The notes below the pieces were generated by a model, which saw only the letters and a program-made list of their open reading frames with translations, made no database searches and was not told the DNA's origin. A stretch of DNA of 64,000 bases from an uncultured Gammaproteobacteria bacterium (GTDB lineage Bacteria; Patescibacteriota; Patescibacteriia; 2-01-FULL-39-33). Each line of letters opens with the position of its first letter. Within the stretch, counting starts at the first letter, position 1. Of the stretch, positions 19,167-27,767 are shown in pieces. The DNA lies in the NCBI GenBank assembly GCA_964512625.1, contig CAZEKG010000004.1, positions 9,223-73,222 on the forward strand, in the 5' to 3' direction. The position numbers and the translations under genes are program-made.

Positions 19167-19973
19167 TTAACTGCCAAAAGTCATGAAGTTGGAGCTTTCA
19201 TACCTTTTAACAGCTCGGTAGAATATCTTAATCGATAAAATAAACCAAAAGACAGTCAAAGCTGCTATTAACAAAAATTTGAGCTCTGAAATATTCCTTA
19301 CAGCTTCTACGGGCAAGGCCCCGATCAAAAGAGATGGAATTAAAAAAATAAAAATAAATCTCATAACACCTTGAAAAGCTCCTCCATGAAAAATCGAAGG
19401 AGTCAAAAATAATTCAAACAGCCCGGAAGACACGGAATTGGCATCCATAAAAAAGAAACTGATCGAAAAAACCGCAATGACTATCGATAAGAATGTTATC
19501 GTAGTCATAATAATCAACGCCAGCATCATTAATAATTGAATCAAGTCCATTCTAATCAAAACAGCATAAACAGCTAACGAAGCAACGCCAAAAACGATAT
19601 CACCGACCGCCGAAGAACTGAATGCGGAGGTAGCAACTCTTAATAAAATATTTTTGGGCGACAACATAAAACGATCAAAGGATCCTGACGCGACATAATC
19701 CGGCAGTTTACGGACTCCTATCGCTACCGAAAAAACCAAACCGTAGGAAAGAGCGCCGAAGCCTAACAAACCGACAATATCAGCCGCCGTCCAGCCGCCG
19801 ATTACTCCCACTGATTTGACAAAAAATACCCAGAGCAGAACAAAAGCCGAGTTATTGATAGCCATGCCAATCACATTCATTAAAAAGCTAGTGCGAAGCT
19901 CAGCGCTACTTTGAATATTCTTCTTTATCGCATACCAAGCGAAATATAATTCCTTAAACATATTAACCGCCAT
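19167..19973 (-). CDS. ABC-2 family transporter permease
   Basis: Polytopic membrane protein downstream of an ABC ATPase. 11-nt overlap with the next permease. Confidence 0.6.
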   Translation of the reverse strand: MAVNMFKELYFAWYAIKKNIQSSAELRTSFLMNVIGMAINNSAFVLLWVFFVKSVGVIGGWTAADIVGLLGFGALSYGLVFSVAIGVRKLPDYVASGSFDRFMLSPKNILLRVATSAFSSSAVGDIVFGVASLAVYAVLIRMDLIQLLMMLALIIMTTITFLSIVIAVFSISFFFMDANSVSSGLFELFLTPSIFHGGAFQGVMRFIFIFLIPSLLIGALPVEAVRNISELKFLLIAALTVFWFILSIKIFYRAVKRYESSNFMTFGS

Positions 19974-20763
19974 TAATAGATACTTTTTCTTTAGCCCTGG
20001 AGAAAATAAAAATCATCCCTGAAAGCAGAACCGCAATCCAGAACCATTGGATACTTAACAGCCGATACCAATTCCCAGACCAGGATCCATAAACCGTATG
20101 CGTAATGAACTGAGAAGCGCCAAACGGACTGTAAAGCGACAGCTTATACATAATAGGAGGGAAAAGCGCAATAGGCAAATAGGATCCGCCCAAAATCATA
20201 ACCGACTTGTCGATGATCCAAAACAAGGGGTTTATATCCTCTATCCAAAAAGCCATTAAACCTACTATGGTATACAAGATTAAAGACAGGAGCATGGCGC
20301 CCAAAAAAGTCATGGCTAAGGTGGGAATGAAAATAACCAGCTTCATAGTAGCTGGAAACCCGACAGCTAATGATAAAATCAAGGTTCCTACCACTGTTGC
20401 TACTAAAAAAGAATAGAGTCCCGATCCTATTTGCCACCAAAAACGATAACTAAGATATGAGACCGGCTTACTGAATAATACTTCCACATTGCCCGATTGG
20501 ACATCCTGCATAATAAGCCTAGAAATATCCCTCAGCCTTAAAGTGGAAAAAGCGAAATAGAAAAAAATACTCCAGGCCACAAAAATATATTCCGTGCCAT
20601 TAACCGCTCCTCCGTTAAGATTAAAAACATACCAGTAAATAATCAATAACACTCCGCAACGCGCTACAATAATAACCGTATCCAAGATTAATCGTCCCGG
20701 ATATTGAATTCTATCTCTAATTAGAATGCTTAAAATTTTTCTAGCCAGCTTCATTCTTTTCAT
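19963..20763 (-). CDS. ABC-2 family transporter permease
   Basis: Polytopic membrane protein that overlaps the ATPase gene. Confidence 0.6.
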   Translation of the reverse strand: MKRMKLARKILSILIRDRIQYPGRLILDTVIIVARCGVLLIIYWYVFNLNGGAVNGTEYIFVAWSIFFYFAFSTLRLRDISRLIMQDVQSGNVEVLFSKPVSYLSYRFWWQIGSGLYSFLVATVVGTLILSLAVGFPATMKLVIFIPTLAMTFLGAMLLSLILYTIVGLMAFWIEDINPLFWIIDKSVMILGGSYLPIALFPPIMYKLSLYSPFGASQFITHTVYGSWSGNWYRLLSIQWFWIAVLLSGMIFIFSRAKEKVSINGG

Positions 20764-21730
20764 ATATATGTCGAATAACCGTCTCTAAGTCAGCATCGTA
20801 AACATCAATATCCTCGACCTCGAACAACTCCAGTAGTTGCTTCAAAGCTTCTTTAACGCTCACCTTATTAATATCGACCACGACTGTAATCTTATTGTCG
20901 CACTTTTCCCGATAACTCAAACCAGCTAACAACTTCGGGAATTTCTCAAACCTAGACATTGGAACCAAATCGACATACTTTTCATAAATAAATGTCTTAG
21001 CCAGGTCCTCAGTTAGCAAATCTTTCACTAAAACGCCATGGTTGATGATAATAGTCCGATTGCAAAGAGACTCAATATCGCCGACATCATGGGAAGTTAA
21101 GAAAATAGTAGTTTTTTCTTCCTTATTTATCCTCAGCAGTAAATCCCTTAAAGATTTTTTAGCCACCACATCCAGGCCAATCGTCGGCTCGTCTAAAAGA
21201 ATTAGTTGAGGTTTATGAATTAGAGAGGCAGCCACTTCGGCGCGCATCCTTTGGCCTAAAGACAGCTTGCGCACCGGCTGATCAATGAATGAACCTAAAT
21301 CAAAAATTTCCGTCAACTCCTCTAAGCGCTGTTTTATCTGGGACTCGCTCAAATCATACATTACGCCAAAAAACTCCAACGAATCAGTCAATGGCAGATT
21401 AGGTAGAAGCTGAGAACGTTGGCCAAAGACCGTACCGATTTTATAAGCCAGTTTTTTGCGATCTTTGACTGGATCGAGACCTAAAACGTTAGCGCTGCCA
21501 GAAGTCGGGTGCAATATCCCCGTTAACATCTTTATAGTTGTAGACTTTCCAGCACCGTTAGGCCCGATAAAGGCTATGCGTTCTCCCTCGTCAACTGTAA
21601 AAGAGATATCATTAACGGCTGTTAACTCCTTGATTTCCGGAGCAAAAAGGTTCTTTAGCCAACCAGCCTGCTGTCTTTTAATGGGGAAAGTGAATTTTTT
21701 AGACAAGCCTTTGACCGTTATTGATTTCAT
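20741..21730 (-). CDS. ABC transporter ATP-binding protein
   Basis: Walker [10 protein letters not shown], signature LSLGQRMR, Walker B LILLDEPT. The start was set at MKSITVKGL. The longer ORF begins at a non-ATG codon. Confidence 0.85.
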   Translation of the reverse strand: MKSITVKGLSKKFTFPIKRQQAGWLKNLFAPEIKELTAVNDISFTVDEGERIAFIGPNGAGKSTTIKMLTGILHPTSGSANVLGLDPVKDRKKLAYKIGTVFGQRSQLLPNLPLTDSLEFFGVMYDLSESQIKQRLEELTEIFDLGSFIDQPVRKLSLGQRMRAEVAASLIHKPQLILLDEPTIGLDVVAKKSLRDLLLRINKEEKTTIFLTSHDVGDIESLCNRTIIINHGVLVKDLLTEDLAKTFIYEKYVDLVPMSRFEKFPKLLAGLSYREKCDNKITVVVDINKVSVKEALKQLLELFEVEDIDVYDADLETVIRHIYEKNEAG

Positions 21731-21880
21731 AAGTGTTTTTAGGATATATTTATATATTTTACATCCGAAGGAAGGTTTTAGCAATTAGTATCCAGCTTAA
21801 ATTTCAAAGCCCGGCCTCTAATGACCGGGCTTGTCTCTGTTACGTAGCAAGTTACGTAACAATCATTTTTATTGCCAATT

Positions 21881-23599
21881 TTATCTTTTATCCTTAATCT
21901 CCTGCAAAAGTTTTTCTTTAAACTCCTCTACCTTTATGCTTCCCTGATCGCCATCGCCGCGCTTGCGGACTGCCACCGACTTATCAGTAACCTCTTTCTC
22001 TCCGACAACCAGGATATATGGCGTTTTTTGTTTCTCGGCATTCCTAACCCTTTTACCAAGTGATTCATTGCTGTCGTCAATCTCGACTCTGATACCAGCT
22101 GATTTTAAATCATTTAAAACTTCCCTTCCGTAATTACTGAACTTTTCTGAAACCGGGATAATAACCGCCTGAACCGGCGACAGCCAAGCCGGGAAAATAC
22201 CGGCGTAATGCTCAATCAAAATCCCCAGGAATCTTTCAATTGAACCGTAGACAACTCGATGAATCATGACCGGCCGTTTTTCCTGACCATCATTATCCAC
22301 GTATTTGAGATCGAATCTTTCCGGCAGATTCATATCTAGCTGAATCGTCCCGCATTGCCAGGTTCTGCCAATAGCGTCCTTGATATGGATATCAATCTTC
22401 GGACCGTAAAAAGCCCCATCCCCTTCATTAATCTTATACTCTAATCCGGTAGCGTCCAAAGCGTTTTTTAGGCCGGTTGTCGCCGCTTCCCAAGCCTCAT
22501 CGCTACCGATTGATTTCTCCGGCCGAGTTGAAAGTTCAAGATGATAGCTAAGGCCGAAAACGGAATAAACCTCTTCAACTAATTTTAGAACGCCTAAAAT
22601 TTCTTCCTTGATTTGATCCGGTCGCATAAAGATATGAGCATCATCCTGATGGAAAGCGCGAACCCGGAACAATCCCGCTAAGACGCCGGAGAGCTCATGA
22701 CGATGGACTAAGCCGACTTCCGCCCAACGTAGTGGTAAGTCGCGATAAGAATGCAAGCCTTCTTTATACATCATAAGTCCGCCAGGGCAATTCATCGGCT
22801 TAATGGCATACTCCATTTCATCAATCATCGTCTCATACATATTCTCGCGATAATTTTCCCAATGGCCCGAAACTTCCCAAAGCTTTTTCGAAAGCATAAC
22901 CGGCGTCTTTATCTCATCATAACCGGCCTTGCCATGGGCTTGGCGCCAATATTCCAACAACTCATTCCAAACAACCATGCCTTTAGGTTTAAAAAACGGG
23001 AAGCCGGGACCTTCCTCATGAAAAGAGAATAAATCCAACTCTTTGCCAAGTTTTTTATGATCTCGCTTTTCCGCTTCTTCTAAAATTTTTAAATATTTTT
23101 GCAATTCATCCTTAGTTTCGAAAGCGACGCCGTAAATCCGCTGCAGCATTTTATTCTTTTCACTGCCCTTCCAATAAGCGCCGGCGATTTTCATCAATTT
23201 AAAATGCCCAAGCTCTTTAGTACTTTCAACATGCGGCCCACGGCAAAGATCTTCGAATTCTCCGACTTGGTAAAAACTAACCGAAGTTTCACCGCTTTCA
23301 GCTAAGTCGTTAATCAATTCTTTTTTATACGGCTGATCAGCCATTTTTTTCAATGCCTCTTCAATAGAAGTTTCTGACCTGATAAATTCTAATTTCTTTT
23401 TTATCAACTCTTTCATTTTTTCTTCTATCGTCTTTAAATCATCAGGCGTAAAAGTCTTATCACCCAAGTCAAAATCGTAATAGAAACCGTTTTCAATTGT
23501 CGGGCCAATAGCGAATTTTACTTCGCCGAATAACTCCTTAACCGCATAAGCTAAAACATGCGAAGTTGAATGGCGAATTTTTTCCAATTTTTCATTCAT
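21881..23599 (-). CDS. thrS: threonine--tRNA ligase (apparently lacks the N-terminal TGS domain)
   Basis: Class II motifs, a HxxxH editing-domain region and an anticodon-binding C-terminus. The start was set at MNEKLEKIRHS because the upstream Met at 23659 lies inside the leader terminator. Confidence 0.85.
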   Translation of the reverse strand: MNEKLEKIRHSTSHVLAYAVKELFGEVKFAIGPTIENGFYYDFDLGDKTFTPDDLKTIEEKMKELIKKKLEFIRSETSIEEALKKMADQPYKKELINDLAESGETSVSFYQVGEFEDLCRGPHVESTKELGHFKLMKIAGAYWKGSEKNKMLQRIYGVAFETKDELQKYLKILEEAEKRDHKKLGKELDLFSFHEEGPGFPFFKPKGMVVWNELLEYWRQAHGKAGYDEIKTPVMLSKKLWEVSGHWENYRENMYETMIDEMEYAIKPMNCPGGLMMYKEGLHSYRDLPLRWAEVGLVHRHELSGVLAGLFRVRAFHQDDAHIFMRPDQIKEEILGVLKLVEEVYSVFGLSYHLELSTRPEKSIGSDEAWEAATTGLKNALDATGLEYKINEGDGAFYGPKIDIHIKDAIGRTWQCGTIQLDMNLPERFDLKYVDNDGQEKRPVMIHRVVYGSIERFLGILIEHYAGIFPAWLSPVQAVIIPVSEKFSNYGREVLNDLKSAGIRVEIDDSNESLGKRVRNAEKQKTPYILVVGEKEVTDKSVAVRKRGDGDQGSIKVEEFKEKLLQEIKDKR

Positions 23600-23639
23600 A
23601 TTATTGTATTTAATTTTTTTATTCGTATTTGCAAACGTT

Positions 23640-23835
23640 AAAAAACAAAAAACTCCCATCTCAAAAACATATCAAAGACATGATCTTGGGACGAGAGTTT
23701 TAATTCCCGCGGTTCCACCCACTTTCCTCAGCCACAGCCAAGGCTCTTTTTATATAAACTTAGCGGATAAATCCGATAGCGTCGAACCTTTTTCGACAAC
23801 CATAGAAGGTTGGTATCCTTCTCAATCGCTTAAGG
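23640..23835 (-). promoter_or_regulatory. T-box riboswitch leader of thrS (Thr specifier ACC)
   Basis: On the minus strand: promoter TTGACA-16 nt-TGTAAAAT (23838..23868). A GAAGGauACCAaCCUUC hairpin carries an ACC codon. A T-box sequence AAAGUGGGUGGAACCGCGGGA lies at 23704..23724. A U-run at 23641..23655 precedes the thrS start. Confidence 0.6.
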
Positions 23836-23938
23836 GTATTTTACAATAGAGTAGATGCAACTGTCAATTTAAAAAAATATCGCCTAAATTAGCCCCATTC
23901 TTGTTATTTTGCCCATTTTCTGATAAAATCTAACCAAT

Positions 23939-25645
23939 ATGACTTACGCCATTGATAAAATCAAAGAGGAGATAAAAAGCTCTATTATCGCAGCAACGGG
24001 CGAAAATATCGATCCTAGCAACTTACTAATAGAAACGCCGCCGAATCCGGAAATGGGCGATTTTGCCGTTTCTTGTTTTTACCTTTCAAAACTCCTAAGA
24101 CGCTCTCCCAATATCCTAGCCGAGGAGCTTAAAACTAAAATTAAACCGTCTTCAACCTTCAAATCAGTCCAAAATATCGGTCCTTATGTTAATTTTTTCC
24201 TTAATTCGAAGAATTTAGCCCAAAAAACCTTAAAAGAAATCGAATCCAAGGGCTCGAAGTTCGGCCAATTAAAAGCCGAAAAAGAAAAATTAATGATCGA
24301 ATACTCCCAGCCCAATACTCATAAAGAATTTCATGTTGGCCATCTTCGCAATGCTATTTTAGGCTCAATCCTAGTCAATACCTATCGTTTCGGCGGTAAG
24401 AAAGTCATCGCCGCCAATTATATCGGCGATATCGGCTCTCATGTTGCTAAGTGCCTTTGGGCGCTAGAAAAATTCCACGCTGGCGAAGAACCAAAAGAAC
24501 ATAAAGGCCAATTCCTTGGCGCTATTTATACTGAGGCTTGCCAAAAAATAGAAGAAAACGAGGAATTTAAGAAAGAAGCGGCGGAAATACAAGTAAAACT
24601 GGAAAATGGCGATAAAAAACTCCTAGCCTTATGGAAAAAAACCCGCGCTTGGAGTCTCGACAATTTTAATGATATTTATAAAACCCTTGATATTAAATTT
24701 GATAAGTTTTTTTACGAAAGCGAAGTCGAAAAACCCGGTAAAAAGCTGGTCGCCGATCTTTTAGAGAAAAAAATCGCTGAAAAATCAAAAGGAGCGGTTA
24801 TTATCGACTTAGATAAGTATAAATTGAAGCAATTCCTGCTTTTGAAATCAGACGGCTCTTCCCTCTATTCGACTAAAGAACTAGCCTTAGCTAAGCTTAA
24901 ATTCGAAAAATTCAAAATCGATGCTTCATATATTATTGTCGATAACCGGCAAAGCTTCTATTTCCAACAATTCTTTAAAACCTTGGAGATCATGGGCTTT
25001 AAAGAAAAAACCGCCCATATTTCTTACGAATTTGTAACCCTGAAAGACGGGGCTATGGCTTCACGCAAAGGCAATGTCATTATCTTTGAAGATTTTTTTG
25101 CTGAAATTATTAAAAAAACCAATGAAGAGACCGCTAAACGTCACAGCGATTGGTCGCCGGAAAAGATAGCTAAGACCGCGGAAAATATCGCTTTAAGCGC
25201 CATTAAATTCAACATGATTAAAGTCGGCAATAATAGCATCATCGTTTTCGATATGGAAGAAGCCCTGAGCTTCGATGGCTTTACCGGCCCCTATCTCCAA
25301 TATACTGTCAGCCGTATCAACAGCATTTTTAGGAAAGAAAAAGCCAAGAGCCTCAAGGAAGTTGACTTATCCCTCCTAAACAGCGAATTAGAAAAAGAAA
25401 TTTTGATTAAATTGGCGGAATTTCCCGAGAGCATTAAAAAAGTCATCGAAAGCAACGAGCCAAGCGTCTTAGCAAAATATCTTTTCGAGCTTGCAAAAAG
25501 CTTTTCTCGCTTTTATCAGGAAGTTCCGATAATCACCTCGGAAGAAAAAATAAAATTCGCTAGATTATCTCTAATCTCAGCCGTTAAACAAGTTTTAGTC
25601 AACGGCTTAACTCTTTTAGGAATAAAAGAATTGGAAGAAATGTAA
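23939..25645 (+). CDS. argS: arginine--tRNA ligase
   Basis: EFHVGHLRN (HIGH), a DALR anticodon-binding region and a C-terminal ...EEM. The promoter TTGTTA-17 nt-TAAAAT ends ~9 nt before the ATG, so the mRNA is probably leaderless or has a very short leader. Confidence 0.9.
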   Translation: MTYAIDKIKEEIKSSIIAATGENIDPSNLLIETPPNPEMGDFAVSCFYLSKLLRRSPNILAEELKTKIKPSSTFKSVQNIGPYVNFFLNSKNLAQKTLKEIESKGSKFGQLKAEKEKLMIEYSQPNTHKEFHVGHLRNAILGSILVNTYRFGGKKVIAANYIGDIGSHVAKCLWALEKFHAGEEPKEHKGQFLGAIYTEACQKIEENEEFKKEAAEIQVKLENGDKKLLALWKKTRAWSLDNFNDIYKTLDIKFDKFFYESEVEKPGKKLVADLLEKKIAEKSKGAVIIDLDKYKLKQFLLLKSDGSSLYSTKELALAKLKFEKFKIDASYIIVDNRQSFYFQQFFKTLEIMGFKEKTAHISYEFVTLKDGAMASRKGNVIIFEDFFAEIIKKTNEETAKRHSDWSPEKIAKTAENIALSAIKFNMIKVGNNSIIVFDMEEALSFDGFTGPYLQYTVSRINSIFRKEKAKSLKEVDLSLLNSELEKEILIKLAEFPESIKKVIESNEPSVLAKYLFELAKSFSRFYQEVPIITSEEKIKFARLSLISAVKQVLVNGLTLLGIKELEEM

Positions 25646-25652
25646 TTTAGAA

Positions 25653-26234
25653 ATGAAAAAAGAAATCGCTTTAAAAAAACTTAATGACGATTGGGCGAAA
25701 AAAATAAATTCTCCGCTTCTAACTACTTGCAACCGGATCGTTCCGGGAGACGGTAACGCAGAAGCGGAAATTTTATTTATCGGCGAAGCACCGGGAAAAA
25801 AAGAAGACGAAACAGGAATTCCTTTCGTCGGCGCCGCCGGAAAATTCCTAAACGAAATGTTATCGTCGATCAATTTAAAAAGAGAAGATGTTTATATCAC
25901 TAATATCATAAAATGCCGGCCGCCAGAAAATCGCGATCCACTACCTGAGGAAATAGAAGAATTCTTGCCTTGGCTTTACGCTCAGATCGATTTAATAAAA
26001 CCAAAGATTGTTGTAACCTTAGGCCGCCACTCTCTTTCAACTCTGATTCCCAATCAAAAAATATCAATAGTCCATGGTACGATCTTACGAAAAAACATCC
26101 CTAATTTAGACCTTATTTCGGTATTCGCTCTCTATCATCCGGCCGCCGCCCTCTATAACGGCTCGCTGAGAAAAGTATTAATTGAAGACTTTAAAAAAAT
26201 TCCAACCGCCATTAAATCGTTAAAGAAAAAATAA
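25653..26234 (+). CDS. uracil-DNA glycosylase, family 4
   Basis: LFIGEAPGKKEDETGIPFVGAAGKFL (GEAPG motif) and HPAAAL. Confidence 0.8.
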   Translation: MKKEIALKKLNDDWAKKINSPLLTTCNRIVPGDGNAEAEILFIGEAPGKKEDETGIPFVGAAGKFLNEMLSSINLKREDVYITNIIKCRPPENRDPLPEEIEEFLPWLYAQIDLIKPKIVVTLGRHSLSTLIPNQKISIVHGTILRKNIPNLDLISVFALYHPAAALYNGSLRKVLIEDFKKIPTAIKSLKKK

Positions 26235-26257
26235 TCCTAAGAGGTTTGCGATAAAAA

Positions 26258-26292
26258 AGTCAAACATAAAATCCCCCTCTGCAGATGGGGGA
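26258..26292. terminator. bidirectional terminator hairpin
   Basis: aaaATCCCCCtctgcagatGGGGGATttt. Confidence 0.5.
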
Positions 26293-26312
26293 TTTTATGT
26301 TTGAGAAAATTT

Positions 26313-26420
26313 TTATTTCTTTTTCTTTTTTGCGGTTTTCTTTTTTGCAACTTTCTTTGCTGCTTTCTTTACTACTTTCTTTTTTGCAACTTTCTTTGCT
26401 GCTTTCTTTTTTGCTGCCAT
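26313..26420 (-). CDS. 35-aa lysine/alanine-rich basic peptide (MAAKKKAAKKVAKKKVVKKAAKKVAKKKTAKKKKK), histone-H1-tail-like
   Basis: RBS GGAGGTGA 5 nt upstream of the ATG. The terminator hairpin lies immediately downstream. The ORF track shows only the low-complexity antisense ORF 26285..26509. Confidence 0.4.
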   Translation of the reverse strand: MAAKKKAAKKVAKKKVVKKAAKKVAKKKTAKKKKK

Positions 26421-26846
26421 TTTTATCACCTCCTTTCAAGTGGGATTTTATTTCTTTTTCTTGTTTAAATATTTTTTCAAAAAAATATTTTAAACTACTT
26501 TTATTATAACATAAAAAAATGATGTCAACAATAGTTTTCCACAGGCAAGAAAATATTTTTTATTTTTTTTCTTCACTAAAATGAAATTAAAAAAAATATT
26601 CGGCGAATATTTTTTTTAAAACGATAAATAAATCATCTTCTTAAGCGATAAATCTCAAGATAATTGCGCGTCTTCATCTATTAAAATATTTTATTACTAA
26701 AAAAGAAAATTACCCGGTTCAAAGCTCGATTCCCGCCGATTTTTTTATCCCCTTTTCGCTTAATTGGAAAGAAACAGAAATAAATTGCATTATTATTTTC
26801 ATAGTGCTAGAATAAAGCCATAAAGAGGCTGGAACGATCAAAAACC

Positions 26847-27233
26847 ATGAAAGATAAAAAAATAAAAGTCCTGATTATCGAAGATGATCGCGACTTGGCT
26901 CAAATTTATTCTTTAAAGCTCAAAAGCGAAGGTTTCGAAATCGCCGAAACTTCCGACGGCGCCGTCGCCATTGAAACTATCAAGAAGGAAAAGCCGGATA
27001 TCGTCCTACTTGATCTAGTCTTGCCTAATATGGACGGCTATACTATATTAGATAAAATGAGAAAAGATCCTGAATTAAAGAATACCTCAGTCTTTGTTTG
27101 GAGCAACCTGACCCAGGAAAATGAAATCCAAAAGGCGAAAAAGCTAGCTATCAACGAATACCTGATAAAATCCGACTATACTCCGACAACTCTCGCCAAA
27201 AAACTGTTCGACCTGATAAAAAATAAAAAATAA
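26847..27233 (+). CDS. single-domain response regulator (CheY-like receiver)
   Basis: KVLIIEDD ... DIVLLDLVLPNMDG ... conserved Lys. No output domain. Confidence 0.8.
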   Translation: MKDKKIKVLIIEDDRDLAQIYSLKLKSEGFEIAETSDGAVAIETIKKEKPDIVLLDLVLPNMDGYTILDKMRKDPELKNTSVFVWSNLTQENEIQKAKKLAINEYLIKSDYTPTTLAKKLFDLIKNKK

Positions 27234-27245
27234 AAGATACTTGTC

Positions 27246-27443
27246 ATGCCAAAACCAACTATCAATGAAAGCTGTATCGCCTGCGGCACTTGCGAAGCTA
27301 TCTGCCCAGCCGTTTTTAAAGTCCAAGATGTCGACAATAAGCACATCGCTACTGTTTTAGAAGCTGATTACGCGGCTGAAAAGGCTAATATTGATGACGC
27401 TATTAATTCCTGTCCGGTACAAGCCATCGCTTGGCAGGAGTAA
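27246..27443 (+). CDS. 4Fe-4S ferredoxin
   Basis: CIACGTCEAICP cluster motif plus a distal Cys (NSCP). Confidence 0.7.
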   Translation: MPKPTINESCIACGTCEAICPAVFKVQDVDNKHIATVLEADYAAEKANIDDAINSCPVQAIAWQE

Positions 27444-27523
27444 ATATATAAGAACCAAAGCATTGTCGTGCCGAAGGTGTACTAGGGGATGTGAAAGCAT
27501 CCCTTTTCTTTTTTAAAGAAAAA

Positions 27524-27745
27524 TTGACTCCGAGACCGTAAAATGCTAGAATTGGGTAGATATAAAAATAGCAAAAGCGCCAATATTCTGACTATCATCA
27601 GAAAAGCTGCTGAAAGAAATCCCTCGTAATAAGGGAGAATAGACTCAGCCGGAAACGCCCGTAACCGCGATAAATCAAGTTAAATTCCGAGATGGTACCG
27701 CCCGCGAGGGCTCCGGATAGCCAGGCTCGGTTTTTTTAATTAATT
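27524..27745 (+). promoter_or_regulatory. ileS promoter plus a ~200-nt leader, possibly a T-box riboswitch (Ile specifier AUC)
   Basis: Promoter TTGACT-17 nt-TAGAAT (27524..27552). The leader contains AUCA at 27594..27597. A T-box-like sequence AAAUUCCGAGAUGGUACCGCCCGCG lies at 27682..27708. A G+C-rich segment and a U7 run at 27731..27737 come just before the ileS ATG. Confidence 0.35.
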
Positions 27746-27767
27746 TTCAATTTTAAATTGCAATAAT

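Noticed and set aside
23600-23659. Longer thrS start at 23659 (MGVFCFLTF...)
   Set aside because: These codons overlap the leader terminator U-run and hairpin. The start at 23599 fits the T-box architecture.
26285-26509. Plus-strand 74-aa ORF rich in L/S/F
   Set aside because: It is a low-complexity translation antisense to a K/A-rich minus-strand gene that has a proper RBS and terminator, so the plus-strand ORF is likely spurious.
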